Below are positions 54,335 through 63,402 of a stretch of DNA of 64,000 bases, one piece after another; positions within the stretch are counted from its first letter, which is position 1; each line of letters starts with the position of its first letter. A program made the position numbers and the translations under genes. The notes under the pieces are model-generated. The model was not told the DNA's origin, did no database searches, and saw nothing but the letters and a program-made list of their open reading frames with translations. Source of the stretch: a virus; IMG/VR virus record IMGVR_UViG_3300008267_000018, positions 1 through 64,000 of that record, one strand, 5' to 3'.

Positions 54335-55861
54335 GTGCCTTCTTATCTTCACCTTGCTTACAGGCGCAACGCACGTGCTGCCTCCAAGAACTACAAAGTA
54401 AGGGAAAATAAGAACGAGGATTCACTCCAACGTGCAAGGGATGACTTCGGTTATTTCTGTGAGTATGTAGCCGATAAACCTCCAGCGGAACACCACAAAG
54501 AGTGGCACCGTAAGTTCGTAACAGATCAAGATAGTTCCTGTCTAATTAAAATTGCTGGGCCTAACGTTGACCTACTTGCTCCTCGTGGTTCAGCGAAAAG
54601 CACTGTACTTGGCTTGTTAACTGCCTGGGCAATTGGCATCCATACGACAGCTAAGTTACCTCTGCAGATTCTTTACCTTTCTTATACCGTTGATATTGCA
54701 CGCTCTAAGTCTGCAACAATCAAACGAATCATTGAAAGCAAACGATATCAAGAAGTCTTTCCAACAGTACGTCTTCTTAAGAACGTAACCAGTAATGAGT
54801 ATTGGTCTATTGACCATAAGTTTGCCGGCATCGACGTAACCGGTGACGAACAATTTACGCTTTGTGCGGCAGGCTTAAAAGGTTCAGTGACCTCCAAGCG
54901 TTCGCACTTGGTAATGATTGATGACGCCATCAAATCAGCCGCTGATATTGCAAACCCTGACATCAGAAAAATGATGCAGGACAACTGGAACGCGGTGATC
55001 GCACCAACGATGTTTGAAGGAGCACGTGCCATCTGCCTTGGTACCCGCTTCAGGCATGATGACATTCACTCCACTACGTTCAACGAACAAAACAATTGGC
55101 AGCAGATTATTCTGTCAGCAATTTACAATGACCCTAAGACCGGTGAAGAGATGTCTTACTGGCCAGAGATGTGGTCATTGGACTATTTAAAAGAAAAGAA
55201 ACGACAAGCGCCTATTGCTTTTTCGTTCCAGTACATGAATCAAATTATCAGGCAAAACGAACTTTCGTTGGCACCTGAATTGATTGTCAAAGCTGAAATC
55301 TCCACAGAGTTCGATGCCCTTGGTATTGGCGTTGACTTGTCTGCTGGCATCAAGGAAAAGAACGATTACACAGTCATGGTCCTTGGTGGTCGCATTGGCG
55401 ACCGCATTCATATTATCGATTACCGACGTATTCGAGTAATGGGTAATTTGGAAAAACTAGATGCAATGAAGGAGCTTCTCAATGATTGGTCTATTCTTGG
55501 TCGTGATGACAGTGGCAATTATTTCCCTACTTATTCAACTTGCGATATATGGTCCGAAGCTGTTCAATACCAAGCATCGCTAGAAGCAGACTTTAAGCGT
55601 GTTTGTTTAAGTAACGAAGGATTGTATAACTTGATCTGGCACCCCGTCAAAGGATTCCGCGCAGATAAGCTGGCGCGTTTCCGTGGAATTATCGGCATGT
55701 TTGAAGATCGTAAGATTATTTTCAATCGCTACCGTAACTTCACTGCGATGTTTGAAGAACTAACCAACTTTGGTGTCAGTAGTCACGATGACTGTGTTGA
55801 TGCACTTGTCTGGTTGGTAACAGGCCTGGCAAGGAAGGGACAATTGCAGCTTGATTACTGA
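54335..55861 (+). CDS. terL: Terminase large subunit
   Basis: APRGSAKST Walker A; VMIDD Walker B; GTRF; GVDLS..NDYT; HDDCVDAL nuclease motif. Confidence 0.92.
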   Translation: MPSYLHLAYRRNARAASKNYKVRENKNEDSLQRARDDFGYFCEYVADKPPAEHHKEWHRKFVTDQDSSCLIKIAGPNVDLLAPRGSAKSTVLGLLTAWAIGIHTTAKLPLQILYLSYTVDIARSKSATIKRIIESKRYQEVFPTVRLLKNVTSNEYWSIDHKFAGIDVTGDEQFTLCAAGLKGSVTSKRSHLVMIDDAIKSAADIANPDIRKMMQDNWNAVIAPTMFEGARAICLGTRFRHDDIHSTTFNEQNNWQQIILSAIYNDPKTGEEMSYWPEMWSLDYLKEKKRQAPIAFSFQYMNQIIRQNELSLAPELIVKAEISTEFDALGIGVDLSAGIKEKNDYTVMVLGGRIGDRIHIIDYRRIRVMGNLEKLDAMKELLNDWSILGRDDSGNYFPTYSTCDIWSEAVQYQASLEADFKRVCLSNEGLYNLIWHPVKGFRADKLARFRGIIGMFEDRKIIFNRYRNFTAMFEELTNFGVSSHDDCVDALVWLVTGLARKGQLQLDY

Positions 55862-55899
55862 TCCTAAAATAAATAAATAAAATAATTTTTTTTATTTCA

Positions 55900-56193
55900 G
55901 TGGGACCAGAATATCTTGCACTTGGTTTAACCACAGTTATTTCTGCTGTCACAGGCGGTAGCTGGGCAGTAAATAAATTATTAGATAGACAGCAAGAGCG
56001 ATTAAAAAGCGCTTATGATTATATCAATTCTCAAAAACGAAGGATTGATATTTTGGAAGATCAAATCAATCGCATGCCACTGGAGTATGTATTGAAGGTT
56101 GACTTCCTCAGGGAAATAAAAGAAATGCATGATAACTTTAAGCAGATCAACAATAAGCTTGATAAGCTAATGGAAAAGCTTTTGGAAAAATGA
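55900..56193 (+). CDS. Membrane-anchored coiled-coil protein
   Basis: N-terminal hydrophobic segment; YVLKVDF..NKLDKL. Confidence 0.6.
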   Translation: MGPEYLALGLTTVISAVTGGSWAVNKLLDRQQERLKSAYDYINSQKRRIDILEDQINRMPLEYVLKVDFLREIKEMHDNFKQINNKLDKLMEKLLEK

Positions 56194-56372
56194 GTTACAT
56201 CTTGGAGATCCAGGAGGACGAAAACGGAGATCAATACATTACGCTACCCGATGAGGTGGTTGACGAGCTTGGCTGGCAAGAGGGGGATATTCTTAACTGG
56301 GACGTAAAAGGTAATGGTATTATTCTTAACAAAGTCAATGATTGCTCTGGTTACGAAGTAATAGAAGAGTAA
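56190..56372 (+). CDS. AbrB/MazE-like swapped-hairpin protein
   Basis: ITLPDEVVDELGWQEGDILNW. Confidence 0.75.
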   Translation: MSYILEIQEDENGDQYITLPDEVVDELGWQEGDILNWDVKGNGIILNKVNDCSGYEVIEE

Positions 56373-56395
56373 AATAGAAACAAAGAGAGGCTTAG

Positions 56396-56857
56396 ATGTA
56401 TTACGCAGGTGAAAGCAATGTCCCTGGTGCGCCAGGTAACTTAATGGCTCGCGGAATTCCTGTTGGTCAGGACCCACGCCTTCCCATGTCCCAAGCAGAT
56501 TTTCAGCATCACATGGGACTGGAAAAATTAAACCGTATTCTGGGTCCCATTGAGGAACAACGCGGGCTTCAGCGTTTTCAGGAAGTCATGCGTCAAAACA
56601 TGCAAGGAGCATCTATACCTGGAACGGGGGGAACTCCAATGGGTAACGCTGGCCTTTTCATGGGCGCTCAGCTTGGGCAAGCGATACCACAAGGACCCAA
56701 TACTCCATTACCTGCTCCAGGCTGGAACCCTGGAATGATTAAGCCCCCTGGCGACCCTTCTTTCCGACCCAGTCCTCAGTGGGAAAAACCAGGTCCTACT
56801 CCCGGCTCAACAATGCCTTGGCAAGCCGCTGGATTCCAGAACAAAACAATTTCTTGA
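56396..56857 (+). CDS. Pro/Gly/Gln-rich hypothetical protein
   Basis: 153 aa, low complexity. Confidence 0.55.
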   Translation: MYYAGESNVPGAPGNLMARGIPVGQDPRLPMSQADFQHHMGLEKLNRILGPIEEQRGLQRFQEVMRQNMQGASIPGTGGTPMGNAGLFMGAQLGQAIPQGPNTPLPAPGWNPGMIKPPGDPSFRPSPQWEKPGPTPGSTMPWQAAGFQNKTIS

Positions 56858-56892
56858 TTTATTGTTAGTATTAATCAAACAGAGGAGCAATA

Positions 56893-59211
56893 GTGGCTGA
56901 CGCTGTAAGTCGACTTAAGGAAATGGTTAATTCCTATCTTGAGAAAGATGGGAGTGTTGGCGTCGACACGGGCATCATTGCTTCTCACATTGCTCAGATG
57001 AAACTTTTTGGCATTCGCCAAGGAGTTGAATTCTTCCCGTCTCAAGACAACTTTGGTGCACAGCGCAAAGACTTTCTCGACCGTGTACTGAAGTACAACA
57101 AGATGGATATCCGCCTGGATTCCATTTGGGAATACTTCTTGTGTGACGGGAAGGGTCTTTTTTATATCCGTCCTACTAAGGTAAGCTATCGCCTTTACTA
57201 CTTCCGTGCTCACGAATACCGTTCTTATTACAACGTAGACGGTGAGCTGGATGAGGTGGTGATCATCTACAGTTACAAAGTCCGCAAGGGCTTTGGTTTA
57301 AACGACAATATCAACATCAAGAGCATCACTGGTGGTGCAGTAACAGGCGACCAAGGTGCCAAGCGTTACATTAGGCTTTCTATTAAAGCTGATGAAATTG
57401 AAGAAACTCACTCCGAAGGTGAAATGTCATTTGACATGCCTTCCTATGCAGTGCCAGGGAAAACTAAAACGTTTAAAAATACGTTAGGCTTTATCCCTTG
57501 CGTTGAAATCTTCAACAACCCCAAAGGCTTCTCTACCGAAGGGGTCGGAGATTTTGATTCGATGGCCAACCATATCGTCATTCATGATGAAATGGTTCGC
57601 ACGATGCGCAAGAACGTGCAGTTCTTTGGTAACCCAACACTTCTCTCATCACGTCCCAAAACGGACCTGATGGAAGCTGGGGGTGACACCACTATTCAGC
57701 GCCCCTCCATTGCTGCAAACTCTGGTTTCAATAGTCCCAGTGCATTAAGCCGGTCGACGTTTAAGTCTGATCCCATCAGTCGTGGAGTTGACGGTACTAT
57801 CCGCGTGCCACGCGTCATTGCTAACCTGGAACCAAACGACCGTGTTGGCTACATTGTTCCAGATGCCATCACTGGTGACCAAAACGCATTTGCACGGCAG
57901 TACCGAGAAGAGATTCGCACCGCACTTGGTGGCGTTGATGAACTTTCAATTTCTGCTGGCGTAACAGCAACGGAATACAAGTCGCTGTTTGGACGTGTTT
58001 CCGCAACTTCCAAGAAAAAAGCAAATGCCATCTATACGCATGGCATCTGCCGTTGCCTTGAATTGATTGTTTACCAAGAAGAGCAACTATTCAAGAACAC
58101 CCTGGCACAAGCAGCCGGACTTGAGAAACCTGTTGCACCTTCTAAGGGCTCATCCGAAGAAGAAGTTGCCGCATATGAAGAGGCGCTTAAGCAACATAAC
58201 GATAAAGTTAAACAGTTAATGATGGCTTGTGTTCAGGCCCAGCAGATTCCACCTGGAGTCATGGGCTTGATTCCTGACGGGGATGTCACAATGCTTTGGC
58301 GTTGGCTAGGTCCTGTGTACGAAGACTCGACACAAGATATCCTCAACAACTCCATTGTGGTGCGTAACCTGCAAGAATTAGGTGTTGATAGCATTGAAGC
58401 ACTGAAATACCTCTTCCCGTCTAAGACGGATGAGGAACGGGCCGAGATGTTATCTGGGTTCCCGTTCAGGATGGTTAACGAATTGCAGAGTGCTTACTCT
58501 CAGTTTGCCAAGCTAGTGGGGGGAATGATGCAGACGCCCCACCCGCAATCACCGGATCTTCCGATGGCTGCGGATCCAAGATTGGATTTAACCCCGTATC
58601 TGTATCGAACGCTAGAAGCTTTACAAAAGGAGATGAGTTATGCAGGACGCTACCGTCCAATCGATCCCACAGATGAGCCCCGCACAGCCGTCAGTAGCCC
58701 CGAGCAGCTACGTGACAGCAGCAGCTCCGGCACCCAGCAGCTACCAAGCGGCTCCGGTGGCGTACCAAGTGGGGACCGCTTACCCCCAAGCGATTCCTCA
58801 AGCGAATATCAGCTACCAATCCGCCCCTACTCAGTACGCCCCCCAATCCCAACCGGCGGAAGCTCCTCAGGGGAATCCATGGGAATCGGCGTTCAACAAG
58901 GTGGTGAACCTGCTGAGCGCACCAGTTCAATCCCCGTTCCAGGGTCAACAATCAGCTCCGACGACCTATACCCCGGCCAATTACGGACAGCCCAGCAGCC
59001 CAGCTACCTGGAACTCGGCAGCCCCGACCTCATTAACCAACCCGGCCTCATTGCCCAGCTCTTCCCAAACTTCCTCGAGTCCCTCCTTGGCGGACGTAGC
59101 GGATTACCTGGGTCTGAGCCAGGAAAGCCGAGTGGTGATCGACGCGTACGGGGTGGAAGCTCCGGCTCTGCTAAACCAGTACGCCCTTCAACTCGAAGGA
59201 ATGCTCGATAG
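56893..59211 (+). CDS. Portal protein with long low-complexity C-terminal extension
   Basis: Position between TerL and scaffold/MCP; NTLGFIPCVEI..FFGNP resembles SPP1-gp6-type portal motifs. Confidence 0.75.
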   Translation: MADAVSRLKEMVNSYLEKDGSVGVDTGIIASHIAQMKLFGIRQGVEFFPSQDNFGAQRKDFLDRVLKYNKMDIRLDSIWEYFLCDGKGLFYIRPTKVSYRLYYFRAHEYRSYYNVDGELDEVVIIYSYKVRKGFGLNDNINIKSITGGAVTGDQGAKRYIRLSIKADEIEETHSEGEMSFDMPSYAVPGKTKTFKNTLGFIPCVEIFNNPKGFSTEGVGDFDSMANHIVIHDEMVRTMRKNVQFFGNPTLLSSRPKTDLMEAGGDTTIQRPSIAANSGFNSPSALSRSTFKSDPISRGVDGTIRVPRVIANLEPNDRVGYIVPDAITGDQNAFARQYREEIRTALGGVDELSISAGVTATEYKSLFGRVSATSKKKANAIYTHGICRCLELIVYQEEQLFKNTLAQAAGLEKPVAPSKGSSEEEVAAYEEALKQHNDKVKQLMMACVQAQQIPPGVMGLIPDGDVTMLWRWLGPVYEDSTQDILNNSIVVRNLQELGVDSIEALKYLFPSKTDEERAEMLSGFPFRMVNELQSAYSQFAKLVGGMMQTPHPQSPDLPMAADPRLDLTPYLYRTLEALQKEMSYAGRYRPIDPTDEPRTAVSSPEQLRDSSSSGTQQLPSGSGGVPSGDRLPPSDSSSEYQLPIRPYSVRPPIPTGGSSSGESMGIGVQQGGEPAERTSSIPVPGSTISSDDLYPGQLRTAQQPSYLELGSPDLINQPGLIAQLFPNFLESLLGGRSGLPGSEPGKPSGDRRVRGGSSGSAKPVRPSTRRNAR

Positions 59212-59602
59212 TGCCGTAGCCTGGGGCCAACGTGCACAAAATCTGATTGGTGGTTATGCCGATTTTGCGGTTGCTGAGCATACCGAGAATCTGGCTTATA
59301 ACGAAATCCTGACCAACCCTGATGTTCTTAGCGATTACACGCTGAAGTTCTTTGGTCCTGAAGGTCCGTACCCCGTGTACGAAAATGAAGCTCAACTGGA
59401 AACCCGTGGTTATCCCACCGCTCCGGTTCAAGCTAACTACGGTGAGTTCCCTGCTCCTCCTGCTGCTTCTGCTCCTCAGCAACCTGAAAACTTCTGGGGC
59501 AGCTTTAAGCAACAAATGGAAACTAGCCCTGAAAACGCTTGGCGTCTTCTGAACTATGCCCAGCCCAACGTGGTTGCAAACAAACTGTTTGTGATGGAGT
59601 GA
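58640..59602 (+). CDS. Putative capsid scaffolding protein
   Basis: AAGGAG RBS; Pro/Ala/Gln/Ser-rich; upstream of MCP. Confidence 0.65.
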   Translation: MQDATVQSIPQMSPAQPSVAPSSYVTAAAPAPSSYQAAPVAYQVGTAYPQAIPQANISYQSAPTQYAPQSQPAEAPQGNPWESAFNKVVNLLSAPVQSPFQGQQSAPTTYTPANYGQPSSPATWNSAAPTSLTNPASLPSSSQTSSSPSLADVADYLGLSQESRVVIDAYGVEAPALLNQYALQLEGMLDSAVAWGQRAQNLIGGYADFAVAEHTENLAYNEILTNPDVLSDYTLKFFGPEGPYPVYENEAQLETRGYPTAPVQANYGEFPAPPAASAPQQPENFWGSFKQQMETSPENAWRLLNYAQPNVVANKLFVME

Positions 59603-59606
59603 GGCA

Positions 59607-60233
59607 ATGAATATTGCCGGTAAGTTCTCTCCGATGTTATCCAGGGCTAAGCAAGAGCTTACTACTGGCGCATTGAGTCCGGCAAAAACTGCTGCCATGG
59701 CACCATTGGCCTACGGGCTGATTGGTGCTGGCGGTTCAGTTGCCGGTAATTTATCTGACGAAGAAAACGAAGGTGCAGGTCGCATTCTTACCGAAGCTGC
59801 ATTAGCAGGCTTGGGTGGCGCAGCTGCAGGTCGAGCCATTGGTCAGATTGGCAAAGAAAACATTGCTCTTCAAAGAGGCATTGGTAATCTAGAGCGCGAA
59901 GCAACGCCTTATATTTCACGTGCGTTATATGCTGCAGAAGCAGGTGCGCGTGACACGGCAAAAGCTGCAAATCAAAAAGCTATTCCCATGCTGGAGCGTC
60001 TTGGTAAACAGCAGCAACTCCTTAACTTGAGTCGCGCTGAACAAGGTGCCACAATGGCAGCTGCTCCTATCGCGGCTGGTATTGGTGGCTTGGTTGGCGG
60101 TGGCGTTTCTAACGTTGCCGGCTTAATGCTCCCTGGGTTCCAACAGCAACAACAGTACGTGGATCCTGAGCAATACGGCTCAAGTAACACGATGGGTGCA
60201 CGTGCATCCACGACCACAGCCCAGTACATGTAA
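59607..60233 (+). CDS. Hypothetical virion protein with glycine-zipper segments
   Basis: GAGG RBS; 208 aa. Confidence 0.6.
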   Translation: MNIAGKFSPMLSRAKQELTTGALSPAKTAAMAPLAYGLIGAGGSVAGNLSDEENEGAGRILTEAALAGLGGAAAGRAIGQIGKENIALQRGIGNLEREATPYISRALYAAEAGARDTAKAANQKAIPMLERLGKQQQLLNLSRAEQGATMAAAPIAAGIGGLVGGGVSNVAGLMLPGFQQQQQYVDPEQYGSSNTMGARASTTTAQYM

Positions 60234-60334
60234 TTAACTAAATTACGGGCTGCTAAAATTTGTGTTAGATAAGACATATAAATGTCTGAATCTTTCACCC
60301 GATAAATTCCTGCGACACTGGAGGATAAAGTAAA

Positions 60335-61504
60335 GTGTTCATTGATAACGACTTTCCAAAGATTTTGGGCGCCGAACTCTATCGGCCCCATCCTGCTTAC
60401 ATTGCCGAAATGGCAGTGGAGCCTGTGGTTGTCCACGACTTCACTCGTCAGCCCGGTCAAACTGTTCAGTTAGACCGCTACAAGTTCTGGGGTACCCCTG
60501 GTACTAAGGATAGCCGTGAGCGTATTGCCGACCAAACCATCGGTACCGCTAACAGCCGTAACATCACCAAGGAAAAAGTCCTGGTGGTGCTTAAGGAATA
60601 CACCGGTCCTGCGGACCCCGGCGATCCGACCCAGCCTTCGACCTTCAAGATTGCTCGTGAGACCCTGATCACTGCTCAGCGCCTTCTGCTGGATAGTGGC
60701 AACCTCAACATGTTCCACCAGTCCATCGGTAGCCTGACGCTGCTTGATGACTATCGTCGTTGGCGCGACCGCGTCTTCATTGACGAACTTGCCAAAGCTG
60801 AAGCCAATGGTGCCGCTTCCTCTACCCAGGGTGGTTACTACTTCCCCGGCGGCAAAGTTAAGGACGCCTCTGGTCGTGTATCCTACACCCAAGCTCAGTA
60901 CGAAGCCCAAGTGCAGCAGTTCCAGGTGCGTACCGACCTGCTGACCGTTGTTAAGGATCTGCGTAAGCGCAACGTGCCGACCTTCGCTGATGGTCTGTAT
61001 CGTTGTATTTGCGATCCCACTTTCATGATGCACCTGCGTCGTGACCCCGACTTCCGTGAGATCGCTCGTTACTCTGGTAACCCCGGCCAAGGCATGTACA
61101 TGGGCAACCCCATGCTGCCTAACAACGCCAGCTTCTTCCAGGGTCCCCAAGCTGGTCAAGGTTACTTCCTGGCTGGCGAACCTGTCATGCCGACCGGCGT
61201 GCAGTTTGAAGGCGTCAAGTTCTTCGAGTCGACCAACTTCCCGACCAAGAGCATCACTGCCGACCTCAATATCGGTGGTAGCTCTAACTACACTTCTTAC
61301 GAAGTTGCTCAGGGTTACTTCTTCGGTCCTCAAGCTATTGGCGTTGGCATCGGCGGCCCTAATGCCCAGGTGCTTATCAACAATAACGACGACTTCAGCC
61401 GTTTTATCATCTTAATTTGGCAGCTGTATGCTGGCTTCGAGATTCTGAACAAGGACTTCGTGACCACCGCCTTCAGCTTCCTGCAAGACGACGGCACCAT
61501 CTGA
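60335..61504 (+). CDS. Major capsid protein (N4-gp56-like, HK97 fold)
   Basis: GGAGG RBS; strong codon bias; DF..QPGQTVQ..Y; LKEY; G.FEGVKFFES; DFSR...IW. Confidence 0.8.
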   Translation: MFIDNDFPKILGAELYRPHPAYIAEMAVEPVVVHDFTRQPGQTVQLDRYKFWGTPGTKDSRERIADQTIGTANSRNITKEKVLVVLKEYTGPADPGDPTQPSTFKIARETLITAQRLLLDSGNLNMFHQSIGSLTLLDDYRRWRDRVFIDELAKAEANGAASSTQGGYYFPGGKVKDASGRVSYTQAQYEAQVQQFQVRTDLLTVVKDLRKRNVPTFADGLYRCICDPTFMMHLRRDPDFREIARYSGNPGQGMYMGNPMLPNNASFFQGPQAGQGYFLAGEPVMPTGVQFEGVKFFESTNFPTKSITADLNIGGSSNYTSYEVAQGYFFGPQAIGVGIGGPNAQVLINNNDDFSRFIILIWQLYAGFEILNKDFVTTAFSFLQDDGTI

Positions 61505-61535
61505 TAACAATAAATAAATTATCTAGGAGAAATAA

Positions 61536-62333
61536 ATGACCTATTTGTCTTCCAAAAAAATCTACCCAGGCAACTGGGCAGAGCCTCTGAACGGTTGGTA
61601 TAAGAATATCGACAACAGCCAGGATGGAACCAATGATGGTTCCAAGGGCGGCCCCACTTCGGTGCTGGCTACCCCTGGCTATCGTTATTTCCAACAGCGT
61701 GGTTACGTGGCTGTTACCGCCACCTCTGGCACTCCTGTTGCTACGGGTAACGTGATCATTCCTTCGCCTTACCGCCAGGATGACACCCGTACCGACATCA
61801 CCGGCATGGTGATCTCTGGTACCACCGCCCAGCCTGCTTTTGTGTATCGCACTGCCGTCTCCGTTGCCTCTGGCTGGGGCGATGGCCGCGTGGCTTCCGG
61901 TGTGTATGCCGCCACCGGTAACGTGATCTCCTTCGGTCGTGACTCCAGTGGCCCCACCGCCGCTTCTGGCGTTGGTGAAGGTGTGATCCAAGCCAACCTG
62001 ACTTCCAGCACCTCTGGTGACGCAGCTACCAAGATTTACTTCGCTGGTGGCAGCCAAGCTTTTGGTACCGCTCCGTTCATCACTGCTACTGGCGGTGCTG
62101 GCGTTTCCGGCGGTGTGTGCTACTACGCTGCTACCACTGGCACCACTCTGAAAGTGTTTGCTAAAGGTGCTGCTAACGACACCTCTACTTCTGGTGGTTT
62201 CTACATCTCGACCGCTGATGCTGCTGCTGGCCGCACCGGTTACCTGGTTGTGGAAGTTTGCTACATCCAGCCCGATGATGCCCCCGGTTACGAGGACATC
62301 GATGGTTACCTGACTGGCCGCACTGTTAGCTGA
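61536..62333 (+). CDS. Putative capsid decoration/minor capsid protein
   Basis: AGGAG RBS; Gly/Thr/Ala-rich; same codon bias as MCP. Confidence 0.6.
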   Translation: MTYLSSKKIYPGNWAEPLNGWYKNIDNSQDGTNDGSKGGPTSVLATPGYRYFQQRGYVAVTATSGTPVATGNVIIPSPYRQDDTRTDITGMVISGTTAQPAFVYRTAVSVASGWGDGRVASGVYAATGNVISFGRDSSGPTAASGVGEGVIQANLTSSTSGDAATKIYFAGGSQAFGTAPFITATGGAGVSGGVCYYAATTGTTLKVFAKGAANDTSTSGGFYISTADAAAGRTGYLVVEVCYIQPDDAPGYEDIDGYLTGRTVS

Positions 62334-62371
62334 TTAGGTTAATATAAGACCAGAGAGAAAATCTGGTCTTT

Positions 62372-62785
62372 ATGATTCTTCATCAGCATAAAAAAACAGG
62401 CGCTCGCGTCAAGATCGTAAGCGAATGGGATAATGGCGATTGGTTCATGGTCGAAGATCAGGACGGTCGCCTTTACACTGCTTACAAAACTGAACTTATC
62501 CCTGATGAGCAAGCTACCAAAAAGGTGACTGCTCTTCAAGTAAAAGATAAGGCGGCACAGGAAGAGCCACGTACTTTTCCTCCGGACACTCGCTTGAACA
62601 TCAACTCAGCCACCGCCCAAATGATCGCAGATCATATCAAGGGCATTGGACTGAAGACTGCCCGAGAGATCAAAGATCTACAGATGTCCTTATCGGGTGA
62701 GAGATTTAACAGCCTTGAGCAGTTGAAACAAATCAAAAGAGTTGACTGGAGTGCGGTCTTGGCAGCCGATTTAATAAGGGTCTGA
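62372..62785 (+). CDS. Helix-hairpin-helix DNA-binding protein (ComEA/PsbU-like HhH)
   Basis: LNINSATA..IKGIGLKTAREI..FNSLEQL. Confidence 0.8.
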   Translation: MILHQHKKTGARVKIVSEWDNGDWFMVEDQDGRLYTAYKTELIPDEQATKKVTALQVKDKAAQEEPRTFPPDTRLNINSATAQMIADHIKGIGLKTAREIKDLQMSLSGERFNSLEQLKQIKRVDWSAVLAADLIRV

Positions 62786-62799
62786 TTTAAACGCATAAC

Positions 62800-63258
62800 T
62801 CAACCAAGAGGGGTAACACCCCTCTTTTTCATTATGGCGTTGAATTTTTCTTTATTTCTTGTTTTTATGTGATGGCATGTGCCACAGAGAACCTGGCATT
62901 TTTTTATTTCTTTTTCAAGTCTTTTTTTGCTAAACGTACCCCCTCGTCCAATGTTAAATTTTTTATCGTAAAGATGATCAAAATCTAGTCCCTCAGGGTG
63001 TTCGTTATACCCACAGCATGCGCAACCTTCTGTTATTTTTAAATTGTTCATCCAGTTTCTGTTTTCAGAAGACAAACGTTGAGATCTTTTTTTGTCATAG
63101 GCTTTTTTCTTTTCTTGTTGGTCGGGACTCATCCATACCTCTAAAAAAGTTCCGTCTTGTTTAATTTTTTTAAAGTTGTAACCAATAAAAATAAAGCCGT
63201 CTTCCCTGCAGTCGCCGTGTTTAAAAAATGCCCCAGTTTTTGGATTAATTCTTTTCAT
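62800..63258 (-). mobile_element. Free-standing HNH homing endonuclease inserted in antisense orientation
   Basis: CACCG..LDFDH..EIKKCQVLCGTCHHIKT; AT-rich; flanked by a duplicated target-gene 3' end. Confidence 0.8.
62807..62829 (+). terminator. Intrinsic terminator
   Basis: aagagggg-taaca-cccctctt followed by a T-run. Confidence 0.7.
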
Positions 63259-63352
63259 TTTTAAGATAGCAAAATAAAACTATAACACCTGAAACGTTTT
63301 ATTGCCGTACTTGCTGCCGACTTAGTCCGCGTTTAACTTGTCTCCTACTGGC

Positions 63353-63375
63353 CCCTGGGAAACCAGGGGTTTTTT
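63353..63375 (+). terminator. Intrinsic terminator
   Basis: cccctgg-gaaa-ccagggg followed by tttttt. Confidence 0.8.
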
Positions 63376-63402
63376 AGTCTTAAAATTAAAAATAAAAGAA
63401 TA

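Noticed and set aside
60470-61333. 287-aa antisense ORF opposite the major capsid gene (similar cases at 61473-62057, 59171-59698, 17587-18000)
   Set aside because: Shadow of strong codon bias on the sense strand; no RBS or recognisable motifs.
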